Under the pieces are notes generated by a model. It made no database searches, was not told the origin of the DNA, and was given only the letters and a program-made list of their open reading frames with translations. Below are positions 24,606-37,715 of a stretch of DNA of 64,000 bases, one piece after another. Within the stretch, counting starts at the first letter, position 1. Each line of letters starts with the position of its first letter. The stretch covers positions 255,254,001 to 255,318,000 of the forward strand of contig NC_067400.1 of assembly GCF_016432865.1 (NCBI RefSeq), in the 5' to 3' direction. This DNA comes from Antechinus flavipes (Eukaryota). The position numbers were made by a program, and so were the translations under genes.

Positions 24606-25799
24606 GTATGATTTATTAACATAGTGGCTTTTACAGTTTTTCTCTATTGTAATACGTTTGGGTGGGAGGAGTTCTCAATTTATAAATATGTGGCATTCTT
24701 AGGTTGTGTTTGTAACTTGTTTGGAAAAATTTCTCATCTGAAACATTATTGTAGATACACTTAAATTCATCGTCATTAGTCCAAAATGTATAATATTAAT
24801 GCTAATTCTATCATATTTTTCTTTGTTTCTCTGAGAAAATGGTCTCCAAGTTTTAACTGGGCATTTGTTCTGATGACAAATCAACCTTCCTACTATCCTG
24901 TTCTTTATTTATTTTGACTTTTTTTCTAATGATTTTCTCAAATATTTAAAAGTTGAAATTTTTATATTTCAAAAGTTTTTAAAAGGTTTACAGATTTTTT
25001 TGTTTCCTTTGTTTCTCTATAAGATGTTATCAGCAGAGCAGACTTTTCTTGAAAAATTCCATTTTTAGACAAACTCTGAGTGTTCTTAATTGTTGATGAG
25101 TATGACATTTATCTAGCTAGGAAACCTCAATTATGCTTTACAAAAGGAGTATAAAACAACTTTCTGCTAATGTCAACAAATCAGAGTGACTAAGAATCTT
25201 GTTCTATAGTTAGTTTTTTTCTAATCATAGGAACGTATCCTGCCCACTCTGTAAAAGATAACTCAGAACAGGAATTCAAAGTCACTTGTGAACCTTTAAG
25301 CAAGAGAACTACAATATACCAATGGCAATTTTTAAAAACAGAATTTTGTTCAGGGAATGGGGATATCTTAATCTTTAATAAAGAATAAAGTAATACACCT
25401 TTTTTCTATTTGCTAAGCAAAGAGATCTACACTAAGGGTTGAATCAATAGACGTCAGTAGGTTAATGATCTTTGGGAACAGGAAGAGTAGAGGCATTTTT
25501 AGGGACTTTTTTTTGGATTTAAAGTAGATAAAGGTGATGGGACAATCCAGGCCACCAACAAGGAGAAAGAGGAAGTAAATCTCCAGGTGCAGCAAGAGAG
25601 TTTTCTTATAGCTCCATTAGCTGGGAAAGTAAATTCCCAGAAGTCCTTGAATATAAAAAGTATTTGTAAGCAGGAATTCCTAATGATTAAAACTTACTGA
25701 GTATTTTTTTTGTTTTGCTACTTATATGTTTTTATATTTTTATTATATACAGTTTGCCTTTACTTCTATTTCAAGTAAGACTCATTCTTACCCAAATAG

Positions 25800-25921
25800 G
25801 AATAGCTGAAAATACTTGGGATCCCTTCTCTACAACACAGACATCTAGAATGGTTGGAATTACGTTGAAATTGACAAGTGGATATCCTTCAGTGGTAAAT
25901 GCAGAAAATAAAAACACACAG
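25800..25921 (+). CDS. PAXBP1: PAXBP1 exon 13 (122 nt)
   Basis: cccaaatag|GA ATA; encodes GIAENTWDPFSTTQTSRMVGITLKLTSGYPSVVNAENKNTQ; donor CAG|gtaatt. Confidence 0.94.
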
Positions 25922-26247
25922 GTAATTTATTTTCATTACTAGTTGAGAAGCATTATTATGTTTAGATGGCTCTTTATTTTTCCCCATTGAAAATGTGAAT
26001 GACTATGTTACAGGTTACAACTTACAACTGTCTATCATCTCCCTTTACACTAGAAGAAACATTCTTTGTTATTAGAAACAGTATTTTAAGTAATTCCTAT
26101 GAAAGACAACTTTCATAAAAATTAGAACTCCTGCAACATAGTTCAAGCATTGAGAAATGTGATTTGTTATAAGTTTTTACATTTTAACAAATTCAAAAAT
26201 TACAATTTTTTTAATGGTTATCAAATTTTTTTAAAAAATATTTTCAG

Positions 26248-26324
26248 CTATATTTAAAGGCACTCTTACTAAGAATGAGAAGAACATTAGATGATGATGT
26301 ATTCATGCCCTTGTATCCCAAGAA
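26248..26324 (+). CDS. PAXBP1: PAXBP1 exon 14 (77 nt)
   Basis: ttttcag|CTA; encodes LYLKALLLRMRRTLDDDVFMPLYPK; donor GAA|gtaagt. Confidence 0.96.
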
Positions 26325-26704
26325 GTAAGTAAAACTTGTTTATTGTCTACTGCTTTCCCATTTTAGTATAAATTGTCATTTGATTTTACTAATTTAATGA
26401 GTTTCAGGAGCCCAAAGAGACTTTGATAATATGGTAGGCAAGTTGTTAATTAATGAATAGGTAATAATATTTAGTCATTGATTTTTCCATCAAATATCTC
26501 CCAAGTAAATGAAAACATTTTATCCCTTAAATGTCAAATATATCTTTTAAAATATAATTAAACAGAAACCTAGTGCTGCCTTTTAAACCTTTTTTTGCCT
26601 ATTTTGTTGCATTGATGCAATAAACATTGATGAATGTTTATATCAGCTGACTTTTAGAATAAAATATGTCAATTAATGTTTTTCTCTTTCTTTTGTATAT
26701 ATAG

Positions 26705-26771
26705 TATCTTGGAAAATAAAAACTCTGGTCCTTACTTGTTTTTCCAGCGACAGTTCTGGTCTTCGGTTAAG
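26705..26771 (+). CDS. PAXBP1: PAXBP1 exon 15 (67 nt)
   Basis: atatag|T ATC; encodes ILENKNSGPYLFFQRQFWSSVK; donor AAG|gtaagt. Confidence 0.96.
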
Positions 26772-27504
26772 GTAAGTGACCATGGCATTCTAGGGATATA
26801 GAATTCATAAATGCTGCCTTTTGAAACAATCTTATTAGTTAATAAAATTAATTCTAATATTTAAAAAATATATTTACAGGAAAGCTTCCATTTGAAACAG
26901 GCTCGTTTGCAGTTTTGTTATTTAAAACTCATAAACTTTCCAAGAGAAACAGTAATGGTTAGATTTCTTGGCTAACTCAGAAAAATTTGTTTATGAACTA
27001 TAGGGTGATTGAACTCGTTTTTTCCTGGGCATAGAGAAATTTTTAAAATTTAATTGACACCCCCCCCACTAATCTTTTTTTACCCCCATATCACTTCAGT
27101 CTCTTAAGTATCTGATATACATGTAACTCATCATTTTTACATTCTTCATTATGTTTTTCATGTTTCAGAATTATATAATCTTTCCACTTAACACAGACAT
27201 TAGAGAATGGGTTGCAAGAAAGGACTATTATTGAACTTTTCATATAAATATAAATGACTGATAATCTTCCCAGAACAAAGTGAGGTATTTTGCATTTGAT
27301 TTATTGATAGAGAAGGGGTTATTGAATGCTTGGGAATCTTCCTAGATAGTCTGACTCTGGAATCAATGTCCATAAGCTGTTGCAGTTTTTTAAAATGTAG
27401 TAAGCGTATGGTTTATTTATAAAAGCTCTGAACTTAAAGTGAGGAGAATTGTTATTCAGTCATTTTTCCAGTTCTGTCTGACTTTTACACAACCCTATTT
27501 GAAG

Positions 27505-27670
27505 TTTTCTTAGCAAAGATACTGGAGTGGTTTGCCATTTCCTTCTCCAGCTCCTTTTACAGATAAGGACAGCAAATAGGGTTAAGTTACTTGTCCAGCA
27601 CAACTATTAAGTGTCTGAGACTAGTTTTTAACTGGTCTGGAACTTTGTGCACTGTGGTACCACATAGTTT
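27505..27670 (-). mobile_element. Mar1-type SINE fragment
   Basis: ttcttagcaaagatactggagtggtttgccatttccttctccagctc...aagtgtctgagac. Confidence 0.8.
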
Positions 27671-28552
27671 TCATAGTCAGTAGACACTTGGGTTTAACTC
27701 TACTCATCTGTAAAAGGAAAATGATACTGATAATAGAAATTGTAATTTAGAGTTGGTGAAAATCCATTGTAATAAACTATATGTAGCACTTTGTATCCTT
27801 ACTTCAGCCACTGAACCTGAATGTTCTCTAATGGCTCCAAGTTTTTTCAGTGTCAGCAATAGCAGCTGGTTCTGCATGTGAATATTATTAGAGAAATTTC
27901 TGTGTGTTGACTATAAGTTTGTAAAGCGTTTTAAGTTTTAAAAACAGACATAGAGAGGTTAAACTCATCTATTCAATTCAGTAAGAATTTGTTCAGACGT
28001 TTTTTAATTGAAACTTTTCAAAATCGGCTATTTTTCGGTTTATATTTCTCATAAATACTGACATGTAAGGATTATAATCAATTTTGCTGATTTGTGTGTA
28101 GGTAAGAGGGTTTTCCGTATTAAAGCAGTAATAAAATTGTACTGAATATGCCTTATTTGTTACAAGTACAGCATTAGTGAGATATGATCCATTTCTTGTT
28201 TCACCTTTCTCAAATCTTAAAAAAAAAATATTAAACTGCTCCCACAAAAGTCCTTCATTGCTTCAGAGTGGCATACAAGTAAGAACATGCGTTTTCTAGT
28301 CAGTTATAGTGTAGCTCATATCCTAGCAATACCTACAATCTGGAAAGACTTCAAAAATTGCTTTTTGAGAGCCTCTTTATTTTAGGTTAAATCATATTAA
28401 AACATTTATTTATCTTTTTAATGTAACGTAGTTGTTCTAAAATGTTTTTACCCAATACCAGCATTTTAAAAGATATTTTCTACAGTATACATATATATAT
28501 ATAATCTAACTTCTTATATTGCCTCACTTCTGCACTTTGCTTTTCTTCTCAG

Positions 28553-28699
28553 CTATTAGGAAACTTTCTCCAGTGGTATGGTATTTTTTCAAACAAAACC
28601 CTTCAAGAATTATCCATAGATGGTTTGCTAAATAGATACATCCTTATGGCTTTTCAAAATTCAGAATATGGAGATGACAGCATCAAAAAAGCCCAACAT
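28553..28699 (+). CDS. PAXBP1: PAXBP1 exon 16 (147 nt)
   Basis: ttttcttctcag|CTA; encodes LLGNFLQWYGIFSNKTLQELSIDGLLNRYILMAFQNSEYGDDSIKKAQH; donor CAT|gtaagt. Confidence 0.97.
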
Positions 28700-29452
28700 G
28701 TAAGTTAACTAAGACAATATAATTTATTTTGAATTAAAAAAAAATTTTAAAAATAGGCAAAAAACTTTTTGAGTATTTTGTAAAGTTCTCTACAACACTA
28801 GTAGAAGACATAAGAACCTAGGATTGCAAATTAACTTAACCCACAATCAATTCTAAATCCACCTTAGCATCCTGGGTACCATATTAATAATTTTGGGGGT
28901 ACTTTTAAGTACTTAGGATTAATTATATGTGGTTAAACTAATTAAAAATGGTCAAATGATTATAAAGCAAACTGGTTTTCTTAATATTTTCATAAGTATG
29001 TAATTTTATTTGTGTATTCCAAATTTTTAATCCTGTTTTCTGATGATTGTGCAGTTGATATGAAAAATAGTATAGGGCAGCTTTACTAGCTTTATTAGTG
29101 GTATTTTCTTGCTGGGATACTTTCATCAGTTCTGATTGTTTTCAAGACTTTTAAGAAGTATTATGCTCTTTTCATTTCAGTTGTACTAATCAACTTGGTG
29201 TCCATGATCTGCAGAATAGGATTATTTAAAATATACCATACCTACATTAAAAAGTTGGTTTAGCTAACACATTTAGTTGGTTTAGCTCAACACATTTGAT
29301 TTCCAAATATGAATACTCAATTTGACATTGGCAAAATTAATTAATTCTTTTTTCAAGTTGTTTTAAGCATCATCCTTTTAAAATAAGCCTCGATATAAAG
29401 TTACATAACTATATTACCTAACCTTGCTCACTACTTTTTTTCTACTCTACAG

Positions 29453-29607
29453 GTAATCAACTGCTTCCCCAAACAGTGGTTTGTAAATCTGAAAGGAGAA
29501 AGAACTATATGTCAGCTAGAAAACTTTTGTAGATACCTAGTTCACCTGGCAGATACTATTTATAGGAATAGCATTGGATGCTCTGATGTAGAAAAAAGAA
29601 ATGCAAG
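29453..29607 (+). CDS. PAXBP1: PAXBP1 exon 17 (155 nt)
   Basis: tctactctacag|GTA; encodes VINCFPKQWFVNLKGERTICQLENFCRYLVHLADTIYRNSIGCSDVEKRNA; donor AAG|gtaatt. Confidence 0.97.
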
Positions 29608-30065
29608 GTAATTATTTGTAATCGGTTAAAGAAGTTGCAAAATAAGAGATCAACTTATCAAGTAGTATTTAATTAAATATTTTAAAGTTTAAAGTTGTAT
29701 ACTTTTTGTTTTTGAATTGTTGGATATATGTATACAGATACCTGTATATACACATATATACTCACACAAAATACACATAAAAGGCATAACATAGTGGCTG
29801 AAAGATTAGCCTTGAAATATGGAAAACCTGAATTCTTGTCCTAGATATATGACCATGGACAAATAAATCTTTCAGTGCTCATATTGCTCAGTTGAGGGAA
29901 TTTCCACACTAGAAGTTGGCTACAGGCTATACTGGTGAAATCTTAGGTTTGGATCTTTTGCCCTTCAAAACGTGTGTGGTTTGTCTGTCTATGTGTGTGG
30001 TTTGATTTTGATTTTACTCCTACTCAATTTGAAATGCTAAGTGTATATGCACATTACATAATTTA

Positions 30066-30120
30066 TACATATATATATATATAGTACATACATACATGCA
30101 TATATATGTATATATATATG

Positions 30121-30164
<44 letters not shown>
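30066..30164. repeat. (TA)n...(TG)n(TA)n compound microsatellite
   Basis: Visible dinucleotide runs in the last PAXBP1 intron. Confidence 0.9.
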
Positions 30165-30969
30165 GAATTGGGTTGGCAAATTACGAAAGCTTATTTTAAA
30201 TTTGTTTGTTTTAGCCAATCTATTTTTCCAGATGAAATTTAAGAAGGATGAAGCAAAACATTTAAGGCCATATTTGGCTTGGATACAATAGTAAAAAAGA
30301 ATCTCTGGGTACCCATAAGTCAGCAGGGGTGGAGACGTATAAGGAGAGATCCTAAGAATCTTTTCTAGATAATTTATTTACTTGGTGGAGTACCATTCAT
30401 GGTCCCAATTTTGACTACACTAGTATTTACATATTAATAATAGCTAACATTTATAGAAAGTCATATTTGCAGATATAAAATGGATTAAATTCATCAGAAT
30501 AGCTCCACTGATTGCGAACTCTTTTTCCAGGATAAATACACTTAGTTTATGTTTTTCATTTTATTTTTATTTACCCAAATCAGCAGAAATTACTGGTTAT
30601 TTAATGAGACTAGTTTACTCAGTAATTATTTCAGGTTTGCAAGGAAAAGGACTTAATCGTGTCTCAATATGGATTTCTTAATGGAAAAAACAAAGGATAC
30701 TGATTATAGTATGCAATAAAGTTTTATACATTTTTTCATTTGGAGAGACTATATCAGATCAATACATATAGCATGTTGTAAGCTTTTTGAATAAACCTTT
30801 TTTTTCTTAACAGTCTGTTATTTAACTGTTAAAATCAGTTAACAATATGTTAATAGATGAATTTTTAAACTGATCTTGTAATCAAAATACAATAAGTTTA
30901 CTTATGAAAATTAAATATCAACTACTGCTTTTTTATTTAAAATGTTTTCTTTCTCTTTTTTTTTTAAAG

Positions 30970-31087
30970 GGAAAATATAAAACAGATAGTAAAACTTCTT
31001 GCAAGTGTACGAGCTCTGGATCATGCTACGACTGTTGCAAATGACCACAATATGAAAGAATTAAAGACTTTAATTGAAGGAAAATAG
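30970..31087 (+). CDS. PAXBP1: PAXBP1 exon 18, coding part with stop
   Basis: tttttaaag|G GAA; encodes ENIKQIVKLLASVRALDHATTVANDHNMKELKTLIEGK, TAG at 31085-31087. Confidence 0.97.
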
Positions 31088-31369
31088 AACTTTCATACTG
31101 AAAAACCCAATATGAGCTTTAAAAATCCATTCCTGATGTACAATTTTTGTATATATGTAAAGTTTCTTAAACTGTAAAGTATTGATTCTTGTTTTAATAG
31201 AACATAATTATATATAGTACCACAACCTTACAGGATGAGGAGGCCAGAATGATTACATTTAGGAATGTAGAGTGTTTTCCTTATTGCCCACCATACCTCT
31301 CTTAAAAAAATTTTTGTAACCACATACATATTAGCCATCTATTCAGTTTATTGTCTTCCAGTACACTGG

Positions 31370-31406
<37 letters not shown>

Positions 31407-32001
31407 CGCGCATGACTGTATGTACACACATGTAAAATGTGTAATTATGCGTCTGTTTATACCACCTGGAAGTTACTTTCACACTGGGATTTTTTGGCAT
31501 TTTCCTACTAAGAAAAGCCTTTTGATATCAGAAAATTCTTCAGTAGCACATTTTTTTTTTTTAGGAAATTACTGCATTATTGCAACAAAGGGCTTGACAT
31601 AAGTCACATAAATATTTAAACATCCATCAGTTAGAAACAGATAAGATGATGACAATGACAGTATTCCCTTGAAATTGAAATGGTTGAACTGTGGAACTTA
31701 CTGAGTTAATATGAGATTTTTCTCCCCTATATTAGCTCTGTAGTTGAATGTGGAATTAAAGGGAGCACTAATAAATGTTATAGAGTAGTGTATAATTGGA
31801 ATGTGTAAATTGAATTTTGAAAACAACAAACCTACCATTTAATTGTCTGATCTGATTGCCTCATTCATGGTTCCATTATCTGACCAGCTCAAACACATAT
31901 ATAGTTAATATCAGCAGTTTGTTGTTCAAATCCCACATATGTGAGAGATATATGCAATAAATATATAAAACACATTTCTGGTAAGTGGGTATATAAATAA
32001 A
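31088..32001 (+). other. PAXBP1: PAXBP1 3' UTR (approximate) with candidate polyA signals
   Basis: AATAAA at 31770, 31956 and 31996 (another at 32588); the true cleavage site cannot be determined from sequence alone. Confidence 0.55.
31370..31414. repeat. (TG)n(CG)n alternating purine-pyrimidine tract
   Basis: gtgtgtgtgtgtgtgtgtgtgtgcgcgcgcgtgtgtgcgcgcatg. Confidence 0.9.
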
Positions 32002-33648
32002 ATTTATAGATGATTACCCCACTAAGGTGATTTACAATCCCATGGTCTTTAATATTTATATAGACATTGTAAATATTCAGAAATTTTGTTTCAAAGTTTA
32101 CACTTATTCTGTGATTTTCAAGGAAAAAATAGCATTTTTTAAAATTAAGGAATATTAGTTTATATAATCAGATATAAAATTAATCTTTAGCCAAATAATT
32201 TTTAAATTTCCCTTTTGATGTACATTGCTGCTGGCTACTTTTGTTAGAATTTATGACACTTGTTTGGTAAGAATATAATATTTCCAGATAAAGCACTAGG
32301 CATATGACAATAACAGAGAGCACAGTGCTATGTATTTGCTCAGTGAATTCTGAAGGTTTTTGTAGGAAACATGCCTTTCCTTCCATATACAATTTAATGG
32401 AGATTTTTGTACTTCTTTGGTGACTTACAAACATTAGAATCAAAACACTTCTTTACAGTTTGCATAGTGTAAATGGGTATGTTAACATGTATAGTATGGA
32501 TGACATGCACACCAATTGGAACCTAAACTGTTTTTAATGATCCCATTGGATTCCCATTTCTCATTATCTGCTTTTAAGAATCCTTTCAATAAATTGTCAT
32601 TGAGACTTTTCTTTTTGTACAGAACATCCAGTTACTTTGCCTTCAGGAGTTGGAAAAAAACTCCTCTATACATTGCTTTAGCAGTATAAAGTACTTTTGT
32701 CTTTCCTCTTATTCAAAGGGTTTTCATTAATAGAATAAGGACTTCATTATGAAGTGAAATCAGCTACCTATACTGAAAGTTTCTAAGCAACATCAATACA
32801 TTGTATTCTGTTCACATCTTTTATCACATTTTCCTTGCAACAGCCATCTTGAATGATTCCCATTTTTCAAAAAGGTACTTCATGGGTAAGTAATTTAATT
32901 GGTGTTAGTACTTTCTCCACCAATACAGATATCTATTTTTCTGTTACTTGGTTGATGGTCTCTGAGAATTTCTGTGTTTTGAAAAATTCATCTCCCTGCA
33001 GTCAGGGGCTTGGTCTTCAGACAACAGTACATCCGGCTTGTACTGAAAACATTTCTAGCTTAATTTAAAACTTTGAGATAACCTCCATACCATCATGAGG
33101 CAGTCTACTATAGTGGAGAGCCTTTAATAAGATGGTTGCACTGAGGTATGAATGTTTTAGTACTGTAACCTGTGGTCATAACTAGTACAGTGCTTAGCTC
33201 ACATCTCTTGCACTCAGTAAATTATTGTTGACTGATTTAACCTAGTTGTTCATTCCTAGTTCTTATGTCCTTGGTTCTGTTTACTTTGCATCAGTTCATA
33301 CAAATTCAGTTTTTTTGAAAAATATCTTGTCATTTCTTATGGTATAATAATATTCTATTACTATTATATACCACAATTTGTGTAGCCATTCCTCAATTGA
33401 TGGGTATTATCTCAATTTCCAATTCTCAGTCACCATAAAAAGTTACTGTAAATATCTTCTTTCTTCCCCCACCCTCCCTCTTAAAAAAAAATTAACAAAA
33501 TTCTTTGGGATGCAGGCTTAGTAGTGATTTATTGCTGGATCAAAAAGCACTTTGGAAAGCTAATCCAAGGGGAGAGTTTAGGAATTGTTGGACTTCCTGA
33601 AAACCATGACCAAAATCATAGCCTGAGCACTATATTTCAAGAAGTCAA

Positions 33649-33797
33649 TGGCAGCTGAATGGTGCAGTGTATGGACAGAGCACCTGCTCTGGAGGCAGGA
33701 GGACCCAAGTTCAAATCCACCCTCAGATACTTAACACTACTAGTATGACCTTAGACAAGTCACTTAACCCCAATTACTTCCCCTCTCCCCCCCAAAA
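33649..33797 (+). mobile_element. WSINE1-like SINE
   Basis: ggcagctgaatggtgcagtgtatggacagagcacc...ggacccaagttcaaatccaccctcagatacttaacact...aagtcacttaaccccaattac. Confidence 0.75.
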
Positions 33798-34796
33798 AAA
33801 TCATGAATTAATGAAACTGCTCAGCTATTTAACACAGGTTAAACTAATAATAGGATTCACTTAAGCTATGCCCAAAAAGCAATCAAACTTTATCCTTAAT
33901 TTGTTTTCCAAAGTGTTTTTTTTTCCCAAATATCAGATAAACATTTTCTTCTGTTTGGAAATTTTTTATTTTATTCAAATATTTCTTGTCTCATATAACC
34001 ATCGACTTAATTTTGAAGAAGTAGGTCACTTACATAAAGCTTATCACTTTCTCTTCTAGAGTATTTATTTTTCTAATTCTTTTCTCCAGAATTAAATTTT
34101 CCCTTGTTATATTTTTTCTAAGTATGTAGTCCTTGTGAAAAATCTATTTTCTTTTGTTTACAAATTTCAATTATTTCTTTGGAATGATCTCTTAGACTTT
34201 CAGTAGTTTTTTTTTTTTTTTTTTTTTTTTTACATTGGTAATTGTTTTCTTGATTATTTCATCTTTCCAGGTTTAGTTCTCAATTGAGGGTTTGTGCCCA
34301 AACCATACTCTGCTCCCTTTTTTTTGGAATACTTGATGATTCTTGATCCAGCCTTGAATTTTCCTTTACTGACCTTCTGGGATTCTGATCTTTGAAATTT
34401 AGAATTCTGACTCTTCAAAGCCCTCTATAATGTCTCAGAACATCTTTAGGCATGCCAGAGCCTTTAAGCTCTAGTTTCCGTGTCTGAACATTATGGCACT
34501 ACAACAACATTAGTTAGGGCATATTGCCACTCCCTTGGATATCCAAGGACCTGGGATTTTAAAAGATTTTTTTTTTTTAAATCATTTTAGACTTTCTCAG
34601 GGGATCATCAGCTGTTGTTGTCTCCTGATTCAGAACCTTGCAAGTTACTTACTTCCTTGACTTATCTTTGTGCAGGGAAGTACCTTGCATTGGACTGCCA
34701 ATTTGCTTTTGTCTTCGGGCTTCTGCATGCCCTCTTGTACAGTCCTAGGGTTGTAGGAACACAAAAGTTTTTCCATTGTATTTCTTGATCACTGGA

Positions 34797-35020
34797 GGCA
34801 GCTAATGGCATAGTTTTTTAGTGCTAGGCCTGGAGTCAGGACTAAGTTCCAGTGTGGCCTCAGACACTTAACTATATGACCCTGGGCTAGTCACTTGTGC
34901 CTTAGTTTCTTCAAGTGTAAGATGATAATAATGGTAATACCTACCTTGAAGGGTTGTGAGGATCAAATGAGATATTTGTAAAAAGTGGCATAGCACAGTG
35001 CTTGGCATATAGTAAGTACT
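34797..35020 (+). mobile_element. MIR/CORE SINE
   Basis: ggcagctaatggcatag...ggcctggagtcagg...cctcagacactta...gaggatcaaatgagatatttgtaaa. Confidence 0.75.
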
Positions 35021-37479
35021 ATATCCCTTATCCATTATTTGAATTGGTGTGATTTTGTTGGAGTAGGTATGTGGAAGCTGGACAATTTGCTTTCCACCAA
35101 GGCAGCTCTCTTAGTCAAAAGTTTAAATTGATAAGATAAAAGCCTAGTTGTGACTATGTCATTTTCCTGCTCAAGAAGTTTCAGTGACTATTGTCTGCAT
35201 TTTAAACCCATTCCGAACTATCTTTCCTAATTGATTTTATATTTTTCCTCATTCTGTATTCTACCCAAACTGAAATATTTGGAATTTGGTGCTCTGGAAC
35301 ATGGCATTCTACCTCTGGCTTCCATGTCTTTGTATATGCCCTACTTTTGAAATTTAATTGTCTTGGAATCTCTTTTATCAGGGCTCACCAAGGACTACAT
35401 CCCTCAAGAGGTCTTTCCTTATCTTCCCTTTTACAGTTGGCAGTAATCTCTCCCTCAAATTAATTTACTTTGTATATATTTTGTATTTATATTTGAATTA
35501 TTTCACCTTCCTCTAATAAGAACAGTGTTCATTTTTGTGTTTTTATCCCCATCTCAAGTGTAAAGGCTTGTACATGATGGGCTTAAATGTTTATCAGATC
35601 TATGGATGTCACATCAAGTTGACTCATTTGGCCTATTTGAATTATCTCCCTTAATTATAAGTTTCTTCAAAGTAGGGATTATTTCTTATGGATTGTTTCT
35701 TTAGAACTAGCAAAATACCTAGTAGGTACTGTATACTAGGAGGTTCTTATTGTGATAAAAAAAATGATCAAAGTATTCCTTGATTAGGTACTCCTAATCA
35801 CACAGTCAACATATGTCTACAGATTTTATGTTCAGAACATAGATTCATCTTCATGAAAAATCTTGAGAGCATCAGCTTCAGCAGCCATTTATAGAAAATG
35901 ACTAAGTAGCCCCCTCCCTCCCCAAAAAAGATGGAATTTTACCAAGAGAATGAAGGGAATAAAGATAAAGAGTATACACATTCAAAAATAAGTAACAATA
36001 AAAGGGGGACTACAGCTGACTTGGGTTTCCAGAAACAATATTTGGAAGATCAAAATGGGGACTGAATAGTATAATCTTAGCATAGTGATGTCAGTGAATC
36101 TGAGCCATTTTCTGTCACATTACACTCTCTTATCACAATGGAAGTAAGAGACTTGAGCTATAAATTCTCTTGTCACATCATAAATATGTTTGCTGTACTG
36201 GATTGACTCTAAACTCCATTAAAGAATACCATTTTGGATGGAATAAAGAATTAACAAATTTTACTCAGAAGTGAGCAATTTTTCTTAACATTTAGGGAGT
36301 AAGATTCTTTTTTTTGGGGGGGGGGGTAGGGAAGAGCATTTTTTTTTTTTTTAACCTTTAGTGGTTTCAGATGTTTGTGATTGAACAGATGTGGGGTGAG
36401 TATTATTTTCAATTTGTCACATAAATTTATATTTTGGGTTCCAAATTTGTCCTCCCCATTGAGAAAGCAAGCAATATTACCTTAATTATGCTTGTGAAAA
36501 CAAGTAAAATATTTCTATATCGGCTATGTTGTAAAAATTAAAAATATAGTGAAAACATATGCTTCAATCTGGACTTATGGATGTGAATCTGGACATGATT
36601 CACATTTTGTCATGAGTCCTTTGGAATTATCTTGTGTCCTTATATTGATTAGTATAGTCAAGTCTTTTATGGTTTATCAGTCTCAATGATACTGTTTTTG
36701 TGTATAATGTTCTGGTTCTGCTCCACTTTTCATCAATTTGAAGTCTTTAAGGAATGATAGGAAAATTTTTTTGACAGCATTATTTTATATTATTACACTG
36801 TTCTGTATTCTGGACAGCATAAAATAGTGGGATCCAGTGGACATTTTTTAGTCTAAATCAATCTTTCTTCACATGGGATCTTGACACCCCTTTGTGTCAG
36901 TGTGGATAGGTATCAGAATCTATATGAACCTAGATGAGAAAAACATTGATGACATCCAAAATGGCTGACTTTTTCACCTCTGTCTTTTCCAAAACTTTCA
37001 TTTGATGAACACCCAGTCTGGTCCTGTTAACTTTTAACTTAGTTCTACTCCTGACTGAGTTTTTAAGACCTTTCTTCCTTTTGGACATCTTCCACTTAAG
37101 GTTAGAAACAGTCGTTTTGCTTGTAGTTGAATTCCTAGTGTTTAATATTACACCTGGCACATAGTAAGCACTTAATAGTGCTTTATTTATAATTGTATTT
37201 CAACATAATTGGTTTCCTTAATAATCCTGTGTATTTTTATATTATGCTTCACTAGACTGCCAAAGGGGGATCCATAATATGTAATAGATTAAGAACATAT
37301 AATTAAATCAACAGCTCTTAAATTTTTTGGTCTCAAGTTTACGCTTAAAAATTGCTGAATACATTAAAGATTTTTTCATTAATATTTACCCTATTAAACT
37401 ATAAACCCTATTAAACCTAACAAGATTTCAAGTATTTATTTAAAATAATAAACATTAATGTAACATTTTATGAAAACCA

Positions 37480-37715
37480 AATGCCCACAATTAGGTGGCA
37501 TTGTTTTGCATATTTTTGCAAATCTCTTCAATATTTAATAGAAGACAATCTCATACTTGCTTCTACATTCAATTTGTTGCAACATGTTTTGATTGCAGTA
37601 TGTCAAGAAAATCCAACTTCATCATACAGTTATGTATGTAATTGGAAAAGGAAATAGTGTTTTAATAGACAAATAGCTTCTTGGTATTGTTACATAAATA
37701 GTACTGAACTTGTAG
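37480..37715. mobile_element. Probable hAT/Charlie-type DNA transposon relic
   Basis: ggcattgttttgcatatttttgcaaatctcttcaat..ttaatagaagac..ctcatacttgcttctacattcaatttgtt resembles mammalian Charlie elements (from memory). Confidence 0.4.

Noticed and set aside
24606-25799. Possible U12-type intron 12 (donor gtatgattt, short pyrimidine tract)
   Set aside because: The donor does not match RTATCCTTT and no TCCTTAAC branch site is present; a normal U2 intron fits.
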